This document shows positions 21,865-32,841 of a stretch of 64,000 nucleotides of DNA, one piece after another (the stretch's first letter is position 1; each line of letters begins with the position of its first letter). The notes beneath the pieces were generated by a model that did no database searches, was not told the DNA's origin, and saw only the letters and a program-made list of their open reading frames with translations. Location: the sequence record MF158045; one strand, given 5' to 3'. The DNA comes from Shigella phage Sf22. The position numbers were made by a program, and so were the translations under genes.

Positions 21865-21872
21865 TAATAAAA

Positions 21873-22733
21873 TTACACCGCCATCTTTCCTTTAATAGGA
21901 GGGTGTGATTCATAGTTGTTAAGAACAAAATTATGCGGCTTTGCGAATTGACTCAACCAAAATACCTGCGATTCTGTGTCCCATTCATCAAATTCATCTG
22001 GAAATTTTAATTGCAATTCGCATAAATCCATAGGTTCACGACGCAAAATTTCTTTACATTGCTCTACGTGATTCATATAGATATGAGTATTACCACCAGA
22101 AAATATCAAATCTCCGGGAATAAGATTACACATCTTAGCTACAATATGCGTCAAGGCAGCGTACGAGGCAATGTTGAATGGCAAGCCCAAGAAAACATCT
22201 ACACTTCTTTGGTACCACTGCAAATCCAAATAGCCATTACGCACATTAAACTGATAGAACATATGACAAGGCGGTAATGCCATATATTTAAGTTCAGCTG
22301 GATTCCACGCAGAAACAATTTGACGCCTATCATTCGGCAGTTTTTTAATACGATCAATAACTTCTACAATTTGGTCTACACCGCCAAAATCACGCCATTG
22401 TTTTCCATAAATTGGACCAAGTTCACCGCTATGGTATCCTAAATCTTTTGCCTGATTTTCGTAATTTTCATCCCAAACTGTTTTGCCTTGGATTAATGAA
22501 TCATGCTGAATTAATCGTAAATCATTGACATTTGTGCTTCCTGACAAAAACCATATTAACTCAGCAATGCATGCATTCCAGGCGAGCTTTTTAGTTGTTA
22601 CTGCAGGAAAACCTTTGGTTAAATCCCAACGCAATTTAGTACCGAACAAAGCAATTGTTCCTGTGCCTGTTCGGTCATCGGTTTCATAACCATTTTCAAA
22701 AATGTCTTTAATTAAATCTTGGTATTGTTTCAT
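21873..22733 (-). CDS. td: Thymidylate synthase, uninterrupted
   Basis: 286 aa continuous [29 protein letters not shown]...; no intron. Confidence 0.95.
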   Translation of the reverse strand: MKQYQDLIKDIFENGYETDDRTGTGTIALFGTKLRWDLTKGFPAVTTKKLAWNACIAELIWFLSGSTNVNDLRLIQHDSLIQGKTVWDENYENQAKDLGYHSGELGPIYGKQWRDFGGVDQIVEVIDRIKKLPNDRRQIVSAWNPAELKYMALPPCHMFYQFNVRNGYLDLQWYQRSVDVFLGLPFNIASYAALTHIVAKMCNLIPGDLIFSGGNTHIYMNHVEQCKEILRREPMDLCELQLKFPDEFDEWDTESQVFWLSQFAKPHNFVLNNYESHPPIKGKMAV

Positions 22734-22777
22734 TTAGTACCTTATATAAATTATAATACATTTTATGAAGCTAATAA

Positions 22778-23137
22778 TTAATACGGTTTAGCATCAAATT
22801 TTCTCTCAATTTCAGGCGTGAAATATAATTCTTTACCGCGTTTGGAAAAACGACCAATAATATGATAATTATTCTCATCAAACGTGATATTGCCGATATC
22901 CATAGCTTTCAACCAAATATCGATATTTCTGTCAAGCTTTATATCAAAATTCCAATACGGAGAACTATTACCAAAAATACTGCAAGCGGATTCAGTGAAA
23001 CAACTGCTATAAATTTTGTCTTTAGGAACTATTAATTGATAGACGCCTTTAATAAACTGAGGACCTTGCCATTTTGGTTGTTTCGCGTCTTTTTCTAATA
23101 GAATAGGGTAATAATTAAAATTCATATTTTCCGCCAC
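22778..23137 (-). CDS. Hypothetical protein (119 aa from GTG, or 115 aa from ATG at ~23125) between frd and td
   Basis: ORF track; not recalled at this position in T4, where frd and td abut. Confidence 0.5.
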   Translation of the reverse strand: MAENMNFNYYPILLEKDAKQPKWQGPQFIKGVYQLIVPKDKIYSSCFTESACSIFGNSSPYWNFDIKLDRNIDIWLKAMDIGNITFDENNYHIIGRFSKRGKELYFTPEIERKFDAKPY

Positions 23138-23145
23138 GTATTATT

Positions 23146-23972
<827 letters not shown>

Positions 23973-23983
23973 ATTATCTCCTA

Positions 23984-24316
23984 TTAAAAAGGATCAGGAA
24001 TATATCCGCTAGCTTTAATCATTTTAATTAACGTTAGCATTCCTTTATTAACCGCTAGTGAGATTTCATCAAAAACTTCATCACTAAAAAGTTCTAACAC
24101 ACCCTTCTGAACTTTTAATTTACAGCCAACAATTTCGTCATCGCCTATAGTAAATTCATTACCACCAATTCCTCCGAAAAACTTAATTACACCAGTTAAC
24201 TGTCTTCCACGAGAATATGGGTCGTGTGATAAAGTAATATGAGTCACCCCGGGTACAGTTTTAAATTGGCAGCGAATATTTACTTGTGAAATTCCAGTTA
24301 CATGAATATCAGACAT
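23984..24316 (-). CDS. Hypothetical protein (110 aa)
   Basis: ORF track. Confidence 0.5.
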   Translation of the reverse strand: MSDIHVTGISQVNIRCQFKTVPGVTHITLSHDPYSRGRQLTGVIKFFGGIGGNEFTIGDDEIVGCKLKVQKGVLELFSDEVFDEISLAVNKGMLTLIKMIKASGYIPDPF

Positions 24317-24326
24317 AATATTTTCC

Positions 24327-24569
24327 TCAAATAGACTTTTTCACAATTTTCCAATCAGCTTTAAACTGATCGACGTCAGAGTGATAAATCCAAAATCCTG
24401 CGCTTTCTCCATCCTCATAAAGAGGGCATCCATCACATTCATCTTCCCATCCCATATCACGCAAAAGACGTTCAGCTTTTTCAACAAGTTCAGAATCTTT
24501 ACCAATAATATTAAAATACCATTTACCTCTAACTTCTGAATCTTTGATACTCTGACGTTGTAATCTCAT
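24327..24569 (-). CDS. Hypothetical protein (80 aa; start moved to MRLQRQ)
   Basis: The track's N-terminal 19 aa read through a promoter (GTTTAC at ~24619-24624) and the AAGGAG RBS. Confidence 0.5.
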   Translation of the reverse strand: MRLQRQSIKDSEVRGKWYFNIIGKDSELVEKAERLLRDMGWEDECDGCPLYEDGESAGFWIYHSDVDQFKADWKIVKKSI

Positions 24570-24626
24570 TTTATTCTCCTTAGTTGATAAGGCTATAGTA
24601 TCACTACCATAGCCTGTTGTAAACAA

Positions 24627-24887
24627 TTATTTTTGAATTTTATCGAGCCACTTACCAAGCTTAATCATTTCTTTAGTAGCCTTTTCCATACTTCTGAACT
24701 TAACCAATAGAGGATAGGTATCGACACCCATAACTAAGCTGGTTACAAGACTGTGTTCACCCACAAGCCATAACGAATACGTTTGAATATCGAGCCCATA
24801 ATTTCTGTCTTTATGGACCCGTACACCCATCACTTCAAATTTCTCACTAGCTTTTTCTACCGCATCCAGGAAATCATCTTTAGTCAT
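24627..24887 (-). CDS. Hypothetical protein (86 aa; start moved to MTKDDF)
   Basis: ORF track; internal Met removes a 41-nt overlap with the upstream gene. Confidence 0.45.
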   Translation of the reverse strand: MTKDDFLDAVEKASEKFEVMGVRVHKDRNYGLDIQTYSLWLVGEHSLVTSLVMGVDTYPLLVKFRSMEKATKEMIKLGKWLDKIQK

Positions 24888-24888
24888 A

Positions 24889-25269
24889 TTAGGCCTTAAA
24901 AGTTTTTCGCAAAAGTTCAATGATTTCATCTACATTGTTTTCGTCAACAATGCAGTGAATTTTTGTTACGCCAGAAACCTTGTCTTTGACTTCATCTTTT
25001 TCAGAAGTCGGTTCTTTATACTCACGAAAACAATGAAATTCGTCTTCGCAAATTTCTAAAAGTCTATCTTTGAGGTAAAAATGCTTTCCATTTGCGCATT
25101 CAATGTGTTTTACTGCTTTATATCCATTAGCGACGGAAACTTCTTTAACTTCAAACCATCCGCCATTATCTCGAATCGCTTTAACTATTGATGAATTAGA
25201 ACGTGGGCTATAATTAATAAATGTATCAATAAGTCTTGGAACAAGTTCATACTTTTTGCCGATATACAT
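24889..25269 (-). CDS. Hypothetical protein (126 aa)
   Basis: ORF track. Confidence 0.5.
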   Translation of the reverse strand: MYIGKKYELVPRLIDTFINYSPRSNSSIVKAIRDNGGWFEVKEVSVANGYKAVKHIECANGKHFYLKDRLLEICEDEFHCFREYKEPTSEKDEVKDKVSGVTKIHCIVDENNVDEIIELLRKTFKA

Positions 25270-25313
25270 TACGTTTTCCTCATTTTAACGGGGCTGTAAT
25301 AGCCCCTTGATAA

Positions 25314-25544
25314 TTATTGTTCAATCAATCCCATGTAAAATTCTGCGTCTTCAGAATCCATGCCATCACAATATTCATTAGCCATAAAGCGGGTGAGGTC
25401 TTCAAGAGGACCTTCAATGACAATAGAAAAATTGCAATAATTGGGATCATCGTGAATACTTGTGATACTAAGTTCAGGATAACGATTACGAATAATTTCT
25501 TCGATATATTCAAAATCAACGATGTCAATATCAACTTTAGCCAT
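25314..25544 (-). CDS. Hypothetical acidic protein (76 aa; start moved to MAKVDIDIV)
   Basis: AAAGAGGAAAATAAT RBS upstream of the internal ATG; early promoter GTTTAC at ~25612. Confidence 0.5.
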   Translation of the reverse strand: MAKVDIDIVDFEYIEEIIRNRYPELSITSIHDDPNYCNFSIVIEGPLEDLTRFMANEYCDGMDSEDAEFYMGLIEQ

Positions 25545-25640
25545 ATTATTTTCCTCTTTAATCATCAGCAGTATTGCCGATAGTTGTATAGTACCATGGA
25601 AGAACAGGGATGTAAACAGTTTTGTGAAAAAATTTTTGAA

Positions 25641-25667
25641 ATAAAAAAGGGGACCCTAGAGGTCCCC
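25641..25667 (-). terminator. Rho-independent terminator downstream of gene 32
   Basis: GGGGACC-CTAGA-GGTCCCC stem followed by TTTTTTAT on minus strand. Confidence 0.6.
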
Positions 25668-25689
25668 AATTAATTAGTAATATAATCTA

Positions 25690-26598
25690 TTAAAGGTCAT
25701 TCAAAAGGTCATCCAGGTCCGTGTCATCAGCACTAGATGAACTGCCAGAGCTTGAGCTCATAAAATCATCTTCAGTTTTTGTATTGAAGTCATCAACATT
25801 GAATGCATCCAAATCATCAGCAACTTTATCAGCTTTCTTAGCGGCAGTTGCTGCGGCACCGCCCATCACAGCAGTTCCCATAACTTGACCGAATTTAGTG
25901 CTCAGTTCTTCAAACGATTTGAATTTATCTTTAGAAGTCATTTCAGAAAGGTCAACCATTTGTTCGAACAGTTCTTTCTGGAAAGATTCATCATCAATGT
26001 TTGGAATCGCAGATTGATTCAGGAATTTAGATTCGTCGTAGTTACTAAAACCAGAAACTTGTTTAACTTTCAGTACAAAGTTAGCACCTTCCCACGGACA
26101 AGTTACATCAACCGGAGTTTCACCCATTTCAACATCAACTGCAATCATTGCATTGATTTTATCCCAGATTTTCTTACCGAAACGGTATTTAAATACTTTA
26201 CCTTCGTTTTCTGGAGCAGCTGGGTCTTTTACTACAAGAATGTTAGCCCAGTAAGAAGTTTTACGTTTAACAAGACCGTACTCTTTATTGTCAGTGTTGT
26301 ACAGATCATTTTTACTAATGTATTGACATACTGGGCAAGAATCGTAATCACCGTGGGTAGATGAACAGTTTTCAATATACCATTTACCATTTTTCTTGAA
26401 ACCGTGATTTACAAGAATTGCGAATGGTGCTTGTTCATCATTTTTAGACGGAAGAAAACGAATTACTGCTTGACCGTTACCCGCATTATCGAGTTTCAGT
26501 TTCCACTCGCCTTTATCTTCAGAAGAAAAACCGCCTTTATTTCCAGCCAGTTTAGCCATTTGTGCAGCGAGTTCAGCAGTAGATTTACGTTTAAACAT
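25690..26598 (-). CDS. 32: Single-stranded DNA-binding protein
   Basis: 302 aa, [51 protein letters not shown]... with acidic Ser/Asp-rich C-terminus; matches recalled T4 gp32. Confidence 0.97.
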   Translation of the reverse strand: MFKRKSTAELAAQMAKLAGNKGGFSSEDKGEWKLKLDNAGNGQAVIRFLPSKNDEQAPFAILVNHGFKKNGKWYIENCSSTHGDYDSCPVCQYISKNDLYNTDNKEYGLVKRKTSYWANILVVKDPAAPENEGKVFKYRFGKKIWDKINAMIAVDVEMGETPVDVTCPWEGANFVLKVKQVSGFSNYDESKFLNQSAIPNIDDESFQKELFEQMVDLSEMTSKDKFKSFEELSTKFGQVMGTAVMGGAAATAAKKADKVADDLDAFNVDDFNTKTEDDFMSSSSGSSSSADDTDLDDLLNDL

Positions 26599-26664
26599 TT
26601 TTATTTCCTTTTTAATTTAATTAACAGTTGGTGCTATGACGATGTATGACCTCATAGCTGGTCA
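26599..26664 (-). promoter_or_regulatory. Gene 32 translational operator: AU-rich leader plus upstream pseudoknot-forming segment
   Basis: Leader on minus strand reads ...GUGCUAUGACGAUGUAUGACCUCAUAGCUGGU... followed by UUAAAUUAAAAAGGAAAUAAAAAUG, matching the recalled T4 autoregulatory site. Confidence 0.6.
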
Positions 26665-26681
26665 GTGAGATAATTATAATC

Positions 26682-26689
26682 TATTTATA
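26682..26689 (-). promoter_or_regulatory. Candidate late promoter (TATAAATA) upstream of gene 32
   Basis: Exact TATAAATA on minus strand. Confidence 0.4.
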
Positions 26690-26697
26690 ATAAGCAA

Positions 26698-27351
26698 TTA
26701 ATACTTGCAAGATTTCACAGTTTCAATAAAAACACTTTTAGCTTTCTGTGAATCAATATTTAAAATTTTTCTATAAGCCTTTAACTTTATAGAATAATTA
26801 TTCCAGACTAAATTATCAGTCTGTTCATCATGTTTATCAATTATATTTAAAAACGAATCAAGCAAGATAAACGTCTCAAACGAAATTATGTTCGATTGCA
26901 GAAGTTTAAAAATATAACTTGACTGAACCTTTGGATTATATTCAAAGATTTCTTTAAAAGCAGAAACTTCAACTTTTTTACTAAAATAATAAATGTTGCG
27001 AATATCTTCTTCAAACTTAAATTTAATTTGCTTTAAGCGTCCGATATATTCACGATAAAACACAAGTGCATCAGCGTCAGAGATGTCACCAATCCAAGCA
27101 TCTTGGTTAGCAACCAAATTGCTTATAAAGATTAAAGCAAGTTCCTTTAATTTATATTTTTCTGATAACTTCTGGAAAAAATACTTATCCCTTCGCTTTT
27201 GATAAGCGGCATCAGACACCCGCATGCACCAATTATACTTAATAACATCATACTTTCCATTCATATGCTGTTTTATCATTAAGTATAATTTATAAACTGA
27301 TTTACCATCAATGTATCTTTCACCACCAGCAGGCATGCGGAGTTTAATCAT
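26698..27351 (-). CDS. 59: Helicase loader
   Basis: 217 aa, MIKLRMPAGGERYIDGKSVYKLYLMIKQHMNGKYDV... matches recalled T4 gp59. Confidence 0.93.
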   Translation of the reverse strand: MIKLRMPAGGERYIDGKSVYKLYLMIKQHMNGKYDVIKYNWCMRVSDAAYQKRRDKYFFQKLSEKYKLKELALIFISNLVANQDAWIGDISDADALVFYREYIGRLKQIKFKFEEDIRNIYYFSKKVEVSAFKEIFEYNPKVQSSYIFKLLQSNIISFETFILLDSFLNIIDKHDEQTDNLVWNNYSIKLKAYRKILNIDSQKAKSVFIETVKSCKY

Positions 27352-27686
27352 AGCAGAAAATCTAATGTATTAGTTTTTTCACAACGAACAACAGAAGGAC
27401 GTAAAAGATTTTCGTCAATGGCTTCTGACTGAATTTTTTCAATTATACCCGAAGGAATAAATTTAGCAAATTGAGTTTCAGGAATAGAATTTTCTTCCAA
27501 GAATGCTGTCGTAGCTTCAAGATAACTCATTCCAAATTCTTCTACCATTTTTTCAATAATAAATCCATTTTCTTGACGATCGAGAAGCTTTGCTATTTCA
27601 TCCTTTTCTTTCTTGATTGAAAGTTCTTTTTCTGAAAGACCGGTCTCATCGACCGGACGAATATCATTTAGAGAAAACTGTGTCAT
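27348..27686 (-). CDS. 33: Late transcription co-activator
   Basis: Start set at MTQFSLNDIRPVDETG... (112 aa); the track start is a TTG inside the RBS. Confidence 0.9.
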   Translation of the reverse strand: MTQFSLNDIRPVDETGLSEKELSIKKEKDEIAKLLDRQENGFIIEKMVEEFGMSYLEATTAFLEENSIPETQFAKFIPSGIIEKIQSEAIDENLLRPSVVRCEKTNTLDFLL

Positions 27687-27933
27687 AAAGTTCAACTACC
27701 TCTTCAGTTTCAGCTTCAAACACATCACGGTTATCTTTATGATACAAAGCTAATAGACGATTAAACATCTTACTATCAACGCCAAGTTCATCTTTGGCAC
27801 GAATTCGAATATCTTTAATCAGTTCATTATAACCGGAAATTTTCAGTTTATGATCAGATGCTTCTTTAATAAATTTAGCCAAGTCTTCGCCATGGATAGC
27901 TTCATCAAATTCAACCATTTCTTTTTTAGCCAT
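27664..27933 (-). CDS. dsbA: Double-stranded DNA-binding protein
   Basis: 89 aa, MAKKEMVEFDEAIHGEDLAKFIKEASDHKLKISGYNELIKDIRIRAKDELG...; synteny. Confidence 0.9.
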   Translation of the reverse strand: MAKKEMVEFDEAIHGEDLAKFIKEASDHKLKISGYNELIKDIRIRAKDELGVDSKMFNRLLALYHKDNRDVFEAETEEVVELYDTVFSK

Positions 27934-27941
27934 TATTCACC

Positions 27942-28859
27942 TCAAAATTCATTAATGCTATTAGTTAATTTAGAAAGACCCGCTTTTACAAAATATGAAT
28001 AAATTTTGCCACGCGGTGGTAATTTATATGAATTATAGTAATTCACAATGTTTGAAGCAATATTATCAGGAATATAATCAAAATCAATTAGAACTAAATT
28101 TTCTTTATAACGATTATATTCAGATTCTGTGAGAAGCACCTTAGCTTGCTCACGGTCATTAGCAATAGCTTCAACGATTGAAGTTTTCATTGAAGGAGTT
28201 CGTTCACCTTCAACTTTGGTAAACCAAAAGTCAGATCGTACTTTAACTGAAGCAACGTTATCCTTTTTGTCTCCTTTAAGGATTTTAGTCATGCAATCAA
28301 TTTCAGCAGAACCGCTTTTAATTTTAACCCATTTCTTATGCATCGGTGACCATTGCTTAACATTTGGGTATTTGTGAAGCTGTGTAAAGTCACCATCCGA
28401 CGAAATGATTAAAATCTTATGTCCTTCTAAAGAGAACTTTTTAACAAGAACAGCAATGTGGTCATCTGCTTCATACTTATCAATATCCATAACAATGTAT
28501 GGCATATAAGCTTTCAATTCATCTATAACTTTGTGGCTGGATTCAAAATAACCTTCCCAGTCCCAAGTCGATTCTTCTCGTGCTTTTCCACGGTTTTTCT
28601 TATAATAATACGCGAAATCACGACGCCAGTATCCAGATTTCGCGTTATCAATACACAGTACAATTTTAGTGTATCCAAGCGTTTTTGCTTTTTTGACATT
28701 AAACTTAATTGAGTTCAATATCAAATGACGAACCATTGATAAATTAATTTTTTCTTTATCTGGGAAGTTTACTAAAGCAGTTGAAAGCGCAATTTGACTA
28801 AAGTCAATAAAGCAAATTCCTTCTTTGTAATCTTCATCCAACATCATTTCTAAATCCAT
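27942..28859 (-). CDS. rnh: RNase H (5'-3' exonuclease / flap endonuclease)
   Basis: Start set at MDLEMMLDEDYKEG... (305 aa) with GAGG RBS; matches recalled T4 RNase H. Confidence 0.95.
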   Translation of the reverse strand: MDLEMMLDEDYKEGICFIDFSQIALSTALVNFPDKEKINLSMVRHLILNSIKFNVKKAKTLGYTKIVLCIDNAKSGYWRRDFAYYYKKNRGKAREESTWDWEGYFESSHKVIDELKAYMPYIVMDIDKYEADDHIAVLVKKFSLEGHKILIISSDGDFTQLHKYPNVKQWSPMHKKWVKIKSGSAEIDCMTKILKGDKKDNVASVKVRSDFWFTKVEGERTPSMKTSIVEAIANDREQAKVLLTESEYNRYKENLVLIDFDYIPDNIASNIVNYYNSYKLPPRGKIYSYFVKAGLSKLTNSINEF

Positions 28860-28911
28860 ATGAACCTCGTTCAATTAGTGAGATTTCTATTATATACCAT
28901 CCAAATCTTAA

Positions 28912-28919
28912 AGTAAACA
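28912..28919 (+). promoter_or_regulatory. Late promoter (TATAAATA) for the 34-35 transcription unit
   Basis: Exact TATAAATA ~45 nt upstream of the gene 34 ATG. Confidence 0.6.
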
Positions 28920-28963
28920 AGTATAAATACTTATTATTGAAAACACAATAGGAGCCCGGGAGA

Positions 28964-31900
28964 ATGGCCGAGATTAAAAGAAAGTTCAGAGCAGAAGACG
29001 GTCTGGACGCAGGTGGTGATAAAATAATCAACGTAGCTTTAGCTGATCGTGCCGTAGGAACTGACGGTGTTAACGTTGATTACTTAATTCAAGAAAACAC
29101 AGTTCAACAATACGATCCAACTCGTGGATATTTAAAAGATTTTGTAATCATTTATGATAACCGCTTTTGGGCTGCTATAAATGATATTCCAAAACCGGCA
29201 GGAGCTTTTAATAGCGGACGCTGGAGAGCATTACGTACCGATGCTAACTGGATTACGGTTTCATCTGGTTCATATCAATTAAAATCTGGTGAAGCTATTT
29301 CGGTTAACACCGCAGCGGGTAATGACATTACATTTACTTTGCCATCTTCTCCAATTGATGGTGATACTATCGTTCTCCAAGATATTGGAGGAAAACCTGG
29401 AGTTAACCAAGTTTTAATTGTAGCTCCAGTGCAAAGTATTGTAAACTTCAGAGGTCAACAAGTACGTTCAGTACTAATGACTCATCCAAAATCGCAGATA
29501 GTTTTAATTTTTAGTAATCGTCTGTGGCAAATGTATGTTGCCGATTATAGTAGAGAAGCTGTCGTTGTAACACCAGCAAGTCTCTATCAGGCGCAATCTA
29601 ATGATTTTATCGTACGTAGATTTACTTCTGCTGCACCAATTAATGTTAAACTTCCAAGATTTGCTAATCATGGCGATATTATTAATTTCGTTGATTTAGA
29701 TAAACTGAATCCACTTTATCATACAATTGTTACTACATACGATGAAACGACTTCAGTACAAGAAGTTGGAACTCATTCCATTGAAGGCCGTACATCAATT
29801 GACGGTTTCTTGATGTTTGATGATAATGAGAAATTGTGGAGATTGTTTGACGGGGATAGTAAAGCACGTTTACGCATTATAACGACTAATTCTAATATTC
29901 GTCCAAACGAAGAAGTCATGGTATTTGGTGCGAATAACGGAACAACTCAAACAATTGAGCTTCAGCTTCCAACTAATATTTCTGTTGGTGATACTGTTAA
30001 AATTTCCATGAATTACATGAGAAAAGGACAAACAGTTAAAATCAAAGCTGCCGGTGAAGATAAAATTGCTTCTTCAGTTCAATTGCTGCAATTCCCAAAA
30101 CGCTCAGAATATCCGCCTGAAGCTGAGTGGGTTACAGTTCAAGAATTAGTTTTTAATGGCGAAACCAATTATGTTCCAGTTTTACAGCTTGCTTATATCG
30201 AAGATTCCGATGGAAAATATTGGGTTGTACAGCAAAACGTTCCAACTGTAGAAAGAGTAGACTCTTTAAATAATTCTACTAGAGCAAGATTAGGCGTAAT
30301 TGCTTTAGCTACACAAGCTCAAGCTAATGTCGATTTAGAAAATTCTCCACAAAAAGAATTAGCAATTACTCCAGAAACGTTAGCTAATCGTACTGCTACT
30401 GAAACTCGCAGAGGTATTGCAAGAATAGCAACTACTGCTCAAGTGAATCAGAACACCACATTCTCTTTTGCTGATGATATTATCATCACTCCTAAAAAGC
30501 TGAATGAAAGAACTGCTACAGAAACTCGCAGAGGTGTCGCAGAAATTGCTACACAACAGGAAACTAATACAGGTACTGATGATACTACAATCATCACTCC
30601 TAAAAAGCTTCAAGCTCGTCAAGGTTCTGAATCATTATCTGGTATTGTAACTTTTGTATCTACTGCAGGAGCTACTCCAGCTTCTAGTCGTGAATTAAAT
30701 GGTACGAATGTTTATAATAAAAACACTAATAATTTAGTTGTTTCACCTAAAGCTTTGGATCAGTATAAAGCTACTCCAACACAGCAAGGTGCAGTAATTT
30801 TAGCAGTTGAAAGTGAAGTAATTGCTGGACAAAGTCAGGAAGGATGGGCAAATGCTGTTGTAACGCCAGAAACGTTACATAAAAAGACATCAACTGATGG
30901 AAGAATTGGTTTAATTGAAATTGCTACGCAAAGTGAAGTTAATACAGGAACTGATTATACTCGTGCAGTCACTCCTAAAACTTTAAATGACCGTAGAGCA
31001 ACTGAAAGTTTAAGTGGTATAGCTGAAATTGCTACACAAGTTGAATTCGACGCAGGCGTCGACGATACTCGTATCTCTACACCATTAAAAATTAAAACTA
31101 GATTTAATAGTACTGATCGTACTTCTGTTGTTGCTCTATCTGGATTAGTTGAATCAGGAACTCTCTGGGACCATTATACCCTTAATATTCTTGAAGCAAA
31201 TGAGACGCAACGTGGTACACTTCGTGTAGCTACACAAGTTGAAGCTGCTGCAGGAACATTAGATAATGTTTTAATAACTCCTAAAAAGCTTTTAGGTACT
31301 AAATCTACCGAATCGCAAGAAGGTGTTATTAAAGTTGCAACTCAGTCTGAAACTGTGACTGGAACGTCAGCGAACACTGCTGTATCTCCAAAAAATTTAA
31401 AATGGATTGTGCAGAGTGAACCTACTTGGGCAGCTACTACTGCAATAAGAGGTTTTGTTAAAACTTCATCTGGTTCAATTACATTCGTTGGTAATGATAC
31501 AGTCGGTTCTACCCAAGATTTAGAACTGTATGAGAAAAATAGCTATGCGGTATCACCATATGAATTAAACCGTGTATTAGCAAATTATTTGCCATTAAAA
31601 GCAAAAGCTGCTGATACAAATTTATTGGATGGTCTAGATTCATCTCAGTTCATTCGTAGGGATATCGCACAGACGGTTAATGGTTCACTAACCTTAACCC
31701 AACAAACGAATCTGAGTGCCCCTCTTGTATCATCTAGTACTGCTACGTTTGGTGGATCAGTTTCGGCAAATAGTACATTAACTATTTCTAATACTGGAAC
31801 GGCAACTCGTCTGATTTTTGAGAAAGGACCTCAAACTGGAACTAACCCAGCACAGACGATGACTATTAGAGTTTGGGGAAATCAGTTTGGTGGCGGATCA

Positions 31901-32833
31901 GATACAACACGTTCTACTGTATTTGAAGTTGGTGATGAAACGTCTAATCATTTTTATTCTCAACGTAATAAAGATGGGAATATAGCGTTTAGCATTAATG
32001 GTACTGTAATGCCAATAAACATTAATGCTTCCGGTTTGATGAATGTTAATGGCGTTGCAACATTTGGTCGTTCAGTCACAGCCAATGGTGAATTCATTAG
32101 CAAGTCTGCAAATGCTTTCAGAGCAATTAGCGGTGATTACGGATTCTTTATTCGTAATGATGCTGCTAATACCTATTTTATGCTTACTGCATCCGGTGAT
32201 CAGACCGGTGGATTTAATGGATTACGTCCTTTGGCTATTAATAATGCATCTGGCCAAGTAACGATTGGTGAAGGCTTAATCATTGCCAAAGGTGCTACTA
32301 TAAATTCAGGTGGTTTAACTGTTAACTCGAGAATTCGTTCTCAGGGTACTAAAGCATCTGATTTATATACCCGTGCGCCAACATCTGATACTGTAGGATT
32401 CTGGTCAATCGATATTAACGATTCAGCCACTTATAACCAGTTCCCAGGTTATTTTAAAATGGTTGAAAAAACTAATGAAGTGACTGGGCTTCCATACTTA
32501 GAACGTGGCGAAGAAGTTAAATCTCCTGGTACACTGACTCAGTTTGGTAACACACTTGATTCGCTTTACCAAGATTGGATTACTTATCCAACGACGCCAG
32601 AAGCGCGTACCACTCGCTGGACACGTACATGGCAGAAAACCAAAAACTCTTGGTCAAGTTTTGTTCAGGTATTTGATGGAGGTAACCCTCCTCAACCATC
32701 TGATATCGGTGCTTTACCATCTGATAATGCTACAATGGGGAATCTTACTATTCGTGATTTCTTACGAATTGGTAATGTTCGCATTATTCCTGACCCAGTG
32801 AATAAAACGGTTAAATTTGAATGGGTTGAATAA
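28964..32833 (+). CDS. 34: Long tail fibre proximal subunit
   Basis: 1289 aa, the T4 gp34 length; repeated ~40-aa modules (TPKKL...RRG..EIATQ) typical of tail-fibre shafts; synteny. Confidence 0.95.
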   Translation: MAEIKRKFRAEDGLDAGGDKIINVALADRAVGTDGVNVDYLIQENTVQQYDPTRGYLKDFVIIYDNRFWAAINDIPKPAGAFNSGRWRALRTDANWITVSSGSYQLKSGEAISVNTAAGNDITFTLPSSPIDGDTIVLQDIGGKPGVNQVLIVAPVQSIVNFRGQQVRSVLMTHPKSQIVLIFSNRLWQMYVADYSREAVVVTPASLYQAQSNDFIVRRFTSAAPINVKLPRFANHGDIINFVDLDKLNPLYHTIVTTYDETTSVQEVGTHSIEGRTSIDGFLMFDDNEKLWRLFDGDSKARLRIITTNSNIRPNEEVMVFGANNGTTQTIELQLPTNISVGDTVKISMNYMRKGQTVKIKAAGEDKIASSVQLLQFPKRSEYPPEAEWVTVQELVFNGETNYVPVLQLAYIEDSDGKYWVVQQNVPTVERVDSLNNSTRARLGVIALATQAQANVDLENSPQKELAITPETLANRTATETRRGIARIATTAQVNQNTTFSFADDIIITPKKLNERTATETRRGVAEIATQQETNTGTDDTTIITPKKLQARQGSESLSGIVTFVSTAGATPASSRELNGTNVYNKNTNNLVVSPKALDQYKATPTQQGAVILAVESEVIAGQSQEGWANAVVTPETLHKKTSTDGRIGLIEIATQSEVNTGTDYTRAVTPKTLNDRRATESLSGIAEIATQVEFDAGVDDTRISTPLKIKTRFNSTDRTSVVALSGLVESGTLWDHYTLNILEANETQRGTLRVATQVEAAAGTLDNVLITPKKLLGTKSTESQEGVIKVATQSETVTGTSANTAVSPKNLKWIVQSEPTWAATTAIRGFVKTSSGSITFVGNDTVGSTQDLELYEKNSYAVSPYELNRVLANYLPLKAKAADTNLLDGLDSSQFIRRDIAQTVNGSLTLTQQTNLSAPLVSSSTATFGGSVSANSTLTISNTGTATRLIFEKGPQTGTNPAQTMTIRVWGNQFGGGSDTTRSTVFEVGDETSNHFYSQRNKDGNIAFSINGTVMPININASGLMNVNGVATFGRSVTANGEFISKSANAFRAISGDYGFFIRNDAANTYFMLTASGDQTGGFNGLRPLAINNASGQVTIGEGLIIAKGATINSGGLTVNSRIRSQGTKASDLYTRAPTSDTVGFWSIDINDSATYNQFPGYFKMVEKTNEVTGLPYLERGEEVKSPGTLTQFGNTLDSLYQDWITYPTTPEARTTRWTRTWQKTKNSWSSFVQVFDGGNPPQPSDIGALPSDNATMGNLTIRDFLRIGNVRIIPDPVNKTVKFEWVE

Positions 32834-32841
32834 GAGGTATT

